21,105 bases of DNA from a virus (lineage: Duplodnaviria; Heunggongvirae; Uroviricota; Caudoviricetes). The stretch lies in IMG/VR virus record IMGVR_UViG_3300002334_000208. One strand, written 5' to 3'. Under the pieces are notes generated by a model, which saw only the letters and a list, made by a program, of their open reading frames with translations, ran no database searches and was not told the origin of the DNA. This document shows, piece after piece, positions 17,523 to 21,105 of this stretch. Both the position numbers and the translations under genes were made by a program. Numbering within the stretch: the stretch's first letter is position 1; each line of letters begins with the position of its first letter.

Positions 17523-18452
17523 TTAAGTTGTAACCACTGCGTTAGTGATACCCCAGACGCGAGCAGCTGCGCGACCGTGCATGATTGCCATGCTTACCAG
17601 CCATTCAACGCGAGTACGCATTACCGGAGCTGACTGTAACTGACCAAGGTCCTCAACTTCCATGACACCGTTTTGGATGCCTTGAACTTTGTTGGTACCG
17701 AGGGCGATAACATATAGAGATGTTGATGTAGACCCACCGGCAGGACCAACTTCATTAAAGTCGATGATTTTTGTACCAGTGTCGTCGTAATCAACGTCGA
17801 GGAAAGGGATGCCGTTGTAGAAGTAAACACGGTCACCGAATTCGTTTTTCTCCCAAGTGATGTCCCCACCAACGTTTGCGCGAGCAGCAGCTGAGAGTTT
17901 ACGGAACATATCTTTTGAACCAACGATGTGCGTTGCGCCATCAACTTCGTCGATAGCTTTATCGATAGCTTCAAGAGAGAGTGGAGAGTTGGCAGAAGGT
18001 GCGCCAAGGTTCGCAGGGATTAACTGGTTACCAGTGATGCGGACACGCAGACCATCAAATTCACGAGGCTCAAGAGCCGAGTTACCATTGATCAGTTTGC
18101 CAGTTATGTGCAGGGCCATTGATTTGATTTTCATTGCTTCCTGAGAAGAACGAATTTGCTCACCACGAGTTTTGATAAGCGCGCGATCAACGTCGAGATC
18201 ACCACCCGCAATACGTAGGACTTCTACGTCTGGGTTGATAATGCCAGTTGATTCTGTGTATGATTCGTTGAAACCACGGAAAGCAACACCAGGAAGGGTA
18301 CCTTCAACGTTGTACGAAAGAGACGAACCAGGAATGTCTTCGAACGGCATAGCAGCCAGAAGAGATGAGCTTGCTGCGAACATTTCGATTACAGCAGAGC
18401 GTTTGATGTCGCCTGAATTTTGTTTTGCAGCTTCCATTAGGGTAAGTGGCAT
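17523..18452 (-). CDS. Major capsid protein, HK97 fold (309 aa)
   Basis: LTLMEAAK, LPGVAFRGFNE, IAGGDLDVD, EFDGL and RTRVEW motifs resembling YuA/phiCbK-type capsids (recalled). Confidence 0.93.
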   Translation of the reverse strand: MPLTLMEAAKQNSGDIKRSAVIEMFAASSSLLAAMPFEDIPGSSLSYNVEGTLPGVAFRGFNESYTESTGIINPDVEVLRIAGGDLDVDRALIKTRGEQIRSSQEAMKIKSMALHITGKLINGNSALEPREFDGLRVRITGNQLIPANLGAPSANSPLSLEAIDKAIDEVDGATHIVGSKDMFRKLSAAARANVGGDITWEKNEFGDRVYFYNGIPFLDVDYDDTGTKIIDFNEVGPAGGSTSTSLYVIALGTNKVQGIQNGVMEVEDLGQLQSAPVMRTRVEWLVSMAIMHGRAAARVWGITNAVVTT

Positions 18453-18512
18453 AATATATCCTTACTTGAGGTTTGTTAATTTTCCTTACCCCCGGCAAGA
18501 ATGATACGGTTT

Positions 18513-19316
18513 TTACGCCGCGCTTAGTTTGTTTGCATAATCCAACCGCACATGTGCTGGTTGTTTATTGAATTCTTCTTCGCTCATACCTTTAGGGTAT
18601 TTGCTTTTGCCATCTGAACCCTCTGCATCGCCACCTGTGTTAGGTGCGAAAAAGTGTGGTGCAGTTTTCTGCAGTCCCTGAACAAATTCAGCGCCGGACA
18701 TTGGTGATACACCATCAGTTCCATAAATCACTGTTGTTCCATCGGCTTTCATAGGAACTACTTCGTCTTCGGCATTCACTCTGTAAACAGCGCGTGCGCG
18801 CGTCAGAATGTCTGGTAGTGCTTGGACGTTCACGCCGGACTCTGGGTCAAGCACTGCGTCAGAAATATATTTGTCAACGATAGTAGTGTTGAATTTTTCA
18901 GTGCTGGCAGCCAGCGCCTGAGTCAATGCAACATTCTTGTCCGTAACTTCTGTCAGTTGAGCAGTGTGCTCTTCTGTCATTTGTGCAACACGAGAAACCA
19001 GACCAGCTTCAATAGCCGCTTCGATGTCTTTTGGTGCTTTCAACTTACCATTTTCGACATCTTGGGCTACTATGCGTAGGGCATCGAGATCGGTGGCAAA
19101 TTGATCAGCATCTTCACCAACGATTTTCTTGTATCCTTCAATCACCAGTTTCAGAGCATCGCGATCTTTTGCAATCGCAGTATTGTTATCTCTGAACTCA
19201 GTCAGTTTTTCGTTGGAAACAACGTTGATAGTGAATTTTCCATCATCGGTTTTTTTGATGATGTCTTCAAATCCCGCAGGGATTTGAGCTTCGTCGGCAA
19301 ATGTAATTACGGGCAT
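18513..19316 (-). CDS. Capsid scaffolding protein (267 aa)
   Basis: EFRDNN and coiled-coil region, APHFF...GG C-terminus; upstream of capsid; GGGAG SD. Confidence 0.8.
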   Translation of the reverse strand: MPVITFADEAQIPAGFEDIIKKTDDGKFTINVVSNEKLTEFRDNNTAIAKDRDALKLVIEGYKKIVGEDADQFATDLDALRIVAQDVENGKLKAPKDIEAAIEAGLVSRVAQMTEEHTAQLTEVTDKNVALTQALAASTEKFNTTIVDKYISDAVLDPESGVNVQALPDILTRARAVYRVNAEDEVVPMKADGTTVIYGTDGVSPMSGAEFVQGLQKTAPHFFAPNTGGDAEGSDGKSKYPKGMSEEEFNKQPAHVRLDYANKLSAA

Positions 19317-19361
19317 ACTTTTCTCCCAGAAAAGTTAGTTATCGTTCGGGTTAATGAAGGC

Positions 19362-19392
19362 ATTGTCCCACAGCGTTAACCATAAATCAAGA
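19362..19392 (-). promoter_or_regulatory. Late promoter candidate for scaffold/capsid operon (copy 2)
   Basis: TCTTGATTTATGGTTAACGCTGTGGGACAAT; 30/31 identical to 5635-5665. Confidence 0.72.
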
Positions 19393-19430
19393 TTTATTTT
19401 CAAACGGCTCAAACATTTTTCTTAGAACGC

Positions 19431-19463
19431 AAAAACCCCGCGCTGGTAAATACCAGGCGGGGT
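19431..19463 (-). terminator. Terminator of the tRNA operon
   Basis: ACCCCGC-CTGGTA/TACCAG-C-GCGGGGT followed by TTTT. Confidence 0.8.
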
Positions 19464-19472
19464 ACATCGGAT

Positions 19473-19548
19473 TGGTAGAAGATAATGGATTCGAACCACT
19501 GACGCGCCGAGCTTCAATCGACCGCTCTACACACTGAGCTAATCTTCC
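19473..19548 (-). tRNA. tRNA-Phe(GAA)
   Basis: Cloverleaf; loop TT GAA GC; encoded CCA. Confidence 0.93.
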
Positions 19549-19552
19549 ATAT

Positions 19553-19628
19553 TGGTCAAGGTGGCTGGATTCGAACCAGCGGCCCCCGGAGTCCAAGTCC
19601 GGTACTCTACCTGCTGAGCTACACCAAG
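19553..19628 (-). tRNA. tRNA-Pro(TGG)
   Basis: Cloverleaf; loop CT TGG AC; two U-U mismatches in the acceptor stem; CCA. Confidence 0.88.
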
Positions 19629-19685
19629 TTATTCATTTCTGAGTTATAGCAAAATTCGCTATACCTCATAAGTATTTGCTATATC

Positions 19686-19761
19686 TGGTCCTAGCATAAT
19701 GAGTCGAACATTAATCTCCGAGGCCACAACTCAGCGTCTTTACCATTGGACCATGCTAGGA
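19686..19761 (-). tRNA. tRNA-His(GTG)
   Basis: Loop TT GTG GC; U at -1 opposite A73; CCA. Confidence 0.9.
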
Positions 19762-19765
19762 TATT

Positions 19766-19839
19766 TGGATCACCCTCTAGGATTCGAACCTAGATTCTAA
19801 GGGTCAAAACCTTTTGTCCTCCCATTAGACGAAGGGTGA
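19766..19839 (-). tRNA. tRNA-Gln(TTG)
   Basis: Acceptor TCACCCT/AGGGTGA; loop TT TTG AC; CCA. Confidence 0.92.
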
Positions 19840-19845
19840 ATATAT

Positions 19846-19921
19846 TGGTGCCAGTAACAGGAATCGAACCCATGGCATCCGACTTACAAGATCGGCGCTC
19901 TACCTACTGAGCTATACTGGC
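19846..19921 (-). tRNA. tRNA-Thr(TGT)
   Basis: Cloverleaf; loop CT TGT AA; CCA. Confidence 0.95.
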
Positions 19922-19930
19922 GTTGTTAAT

Positions 19931-20021
19931 TGGTGGGTCGCCAAGGAATCGAACCTTCTCGTCAACCACCTGTGTGTTTCATAGACAGCGGGATTACAAT
20001 CCGCTCACAGGGAGGCGACCC
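19931..20021 (-). ncRNA. Atypical tRNA-Tyr(GTA)-like RNA (91 nt; no canonical D-arm)
   Basis: 8-bp acceptor GGGTCGCC/GGCGACCC + ACCA; 4-bp T-stem with TTCGATT loop; anticodon arm with TT GTA AT. Confidence 0.75.
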
Positions 20022-20043
20022 TGTGTATAATAGCTTTCGTCTA

Positions 20044-20106
20044 GTAATCGTTTTTCGAGTTTTTTGTTCTCAGTAATCATTTTTCGATCCTTGTAATCAC
20101 TTTTCG
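20044..20106 (-). repeat. Three 14-bp direct repeats CGAAAARYGATTAC
   Basis: Copies at 20044-20057, 20073-20086 and 20093-20106. Confidence 0.85.
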
Positions 20107-20140
20107 CCGTTTGGTGTCTGAGTGATCTGTTTTCATGGAC

Positions 20141-20216
20141 TGGTACCTGCACTCAGAGTCGAACTGAGAAATTTAGGATTTTAAGTCCCTTGACTTTACC
20201 GTTTGCCCATGCAGGC
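20141..20216 (-). tRNA. tRNA-Leu(TAA), short variable loop
   Basis: Loop CT TAA AA; 76 nt; CCA. Confidence 0.9.
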
Positions 20217-20224
20217 ATGTTGAT

Positions 20225-20302
20225 TGGTGTCCCACCTCGGACTCGAACCGAGAAAACTCTTGAGCCTAAATCAAGCGACTTTACCAATTTGCCCAGCAGG
20301 AC
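20225..20302 (-). tRNA. tRNA-Leu(TAG), short variable loop
   Basis: Loop TT TAG GC; 78 nt; CCA. Confidence 0.92.
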
Positions 20303-20314
20303 TTGATTGAATTT

Positions 20315-20359
20315 TATGCGCTAACCCGTATAATTCAGTTTTATACGGGTTAGCGCATA
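20315..20359. repeat. Perfect 19-bp inverted repeat, 7-nt loop
   Basis: TATGCGCTAACCCGTATAA-ttcagtt-TTATACGGGTTAGCGCATA. Confidence 0.95.
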
Positions 20360-20363
20360 TGAT

Positions 20364-20438
20364 TGGTACCCAGTAGAGGAATTGAACCTCTGACGCGGGG
20401 TATGTAAAACCCCCGTTCTCCCACTGAACTAACCGGGC
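20364..20438 (-). tRNA. tRNA-Val(TAC)
   Basis: Loop TT TAC AT; CCA. Confidence 0.93.
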
Positions 20439-20444
20439 ATGTGT

Positions 20445-20520
20445 TGGAGCTTACGGTAGAAGTCGAATCTACGGCCTTCCCATTCGTAGCGGGACGCTCT
20501 TCCAGCTGAGCTACGCAAGC
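20445..20520 (-). tRNA. tRNA-Arg(ACG)
   Basis: Loop CT ACG AA; A20 in D-loop; CCA. Confidence 0.94.
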
Positions 20521-20529
20521 ATATTTGTT

Positions 20530-20605
20530 TGGCCTTCCCGGTAGGACTCGAACCCACGACACGCGGGGTAGAAGCCCACTGCTCTTCCAGCTGAGCTACG
20601 GAAAG
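20530..20605 (-). tRNA. tRNA-Arg(TCT)
   Basis: Loop CT TCT AC; A20; CCA. Confidence 0.93.
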
Positions 20606-20611
20606 ATGAAT

Positions 20612-20685
20612 TGGAGCGGGTAGAGAATTTCGAAATCTCGCACGCGGGGTGGAAGCCCACTGCTCTGCCTCTGAGCTATACCTGC
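20612..20685 (-). tRNA. tRNA-Gly(TCC)
   Basis: Loop CT TCC AC; U73; CCA. Confidence 0.9.
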
Positions 20686-20693
20686 ATAAATTT

Positions 20694-20767
20694 TGGCGGT
20701 CTATGGGAGAGTTGAACTCCCGACTTCGCACTGACAATGCGCTGATTTACCACTAAACTAATAGACC
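20694..20767 (-). tRNA. tRNA-Asp(GTC)
   Basis: Loop TT GTC AG; G73; CCA. Confidence 0.9.
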
Positions 20768-20817
20768 TAAATGTGGTCCTTATATATGATGTATTAAGGA
20801 AAATTGTGAGGGAGGGC

Positions 20818-20894
20818 TGGTTGCCCATATCGGATTTGAACCGATGCCGCTAGGGTGAAAACCTAGAATTCTAACCAGACTAAACTAATGGGCC
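20818..20894 (-). tRNA. tRNA-Glu(TTC)
   Basis: Loop TT TTC AC; G1-A72 mismatch; CCA. Confidence 0.88.
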
Positions 20895-20902
20895 ACTATT
20901 AG

Positions 20903-21046
20903 TGGCGTGTCTCGTTTTGTCCGACCAGATCGACCGTGAGATAATCTCGTAACGGTCGTTGGTATCTACCGACAACCCGCACAGGTGTACCCACGGTCAA
21001 GCCGTGTTGTAGTCCTGTAAATCGCTGGTTGTTTCTAGTAGACATA
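20903..21046 (-). ncRNA. Candidate CCA-terminated structured RNA (about 143 nt; 5' end uncertain)
   Basis: Ends GAGACACGCCA just upstream of tRNA-Glu; several nested stems; no T-loop or anticodon arm. Confidence 0.5.
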
Positions 21047-21105
21047 ATCGTATCCATTAAGTTGAATAATTTCATTAAAGGGATACTCTCATATCCCTCA
21101 GCTCT

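Noticed and set aside
237-19316. Stop-codon reassignment
   Set aside because: Genes are intact in the standard bacterial code and there is no suppressor tRNA in the visible array.
1177-19379. Plus-strand ORFs (e.g. 8919..9416, 17038..17493, 4611..4946) and nested minus-strand ORFs
   Set aside because: Shadow frames of strong minus-strand genes, with no RBS or recognisable motifs.
20044-20106. Mini-CRISPR interpretation of the triple repeat
   Set aside because: Repeats are only 14 bp with 15- and 6-bp spacers; no cas genes are present.
20077-20136. 19-codon ORF MKTDHSDTKRRKVITRIEK
   Set aside because: No SD, lies within the tRNA operon spacer and has no homology cue; cannot be supported.
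19387-20737. Track ORFs 19387..19596, 20350..20562 and 20429..20737
   Set aside because: They are translations through tRNA genes (WFES, VRVLP patterns), not proteins.
20903-21105. tmRNA or intron-containing tRNA
   Set aside because: No TTC T-loop, no G3-U70 acceptor and no ANDN/ALAA-like tag frame in the visible sequence.

Overview
Virion-morphogenesis region of a tailed dsDNA phage with a siphovirus-type non-contractile tail. All credible genes are on the minus strand. In transcription order (right to left): a tRNA array (13 canonical tRNAs, one Tyr(GTA) RNA with rewired topology, and a CCA-terminated structured RNA), scaffold, HK97-fold major capsid, decoration protein, an Ala/Lys/Glu-rich protein, three large proteins sharing an N-terminal ~92-aa module fused to different glycan-active cargo (CE4-like deacetylase; beta-rich domains; SGNH/SASA esterase+FN3+LamG), a fibre-like protein, two small membrane proteins, PhoH, head-tail adaptor/closure/terminator, two different tail-tube-like genes in tandem, a tail assembly chaperone with a -1 frameshift site, neck protein, tape measure and the start of a DUF2460 distal-tail gene. 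DUF2460, CtrA-like boxes and an A73 tRNA-His suggest an alphaproteobacterial host (inference). Family assignments come from recalled motifs and synteny, not from database searches.
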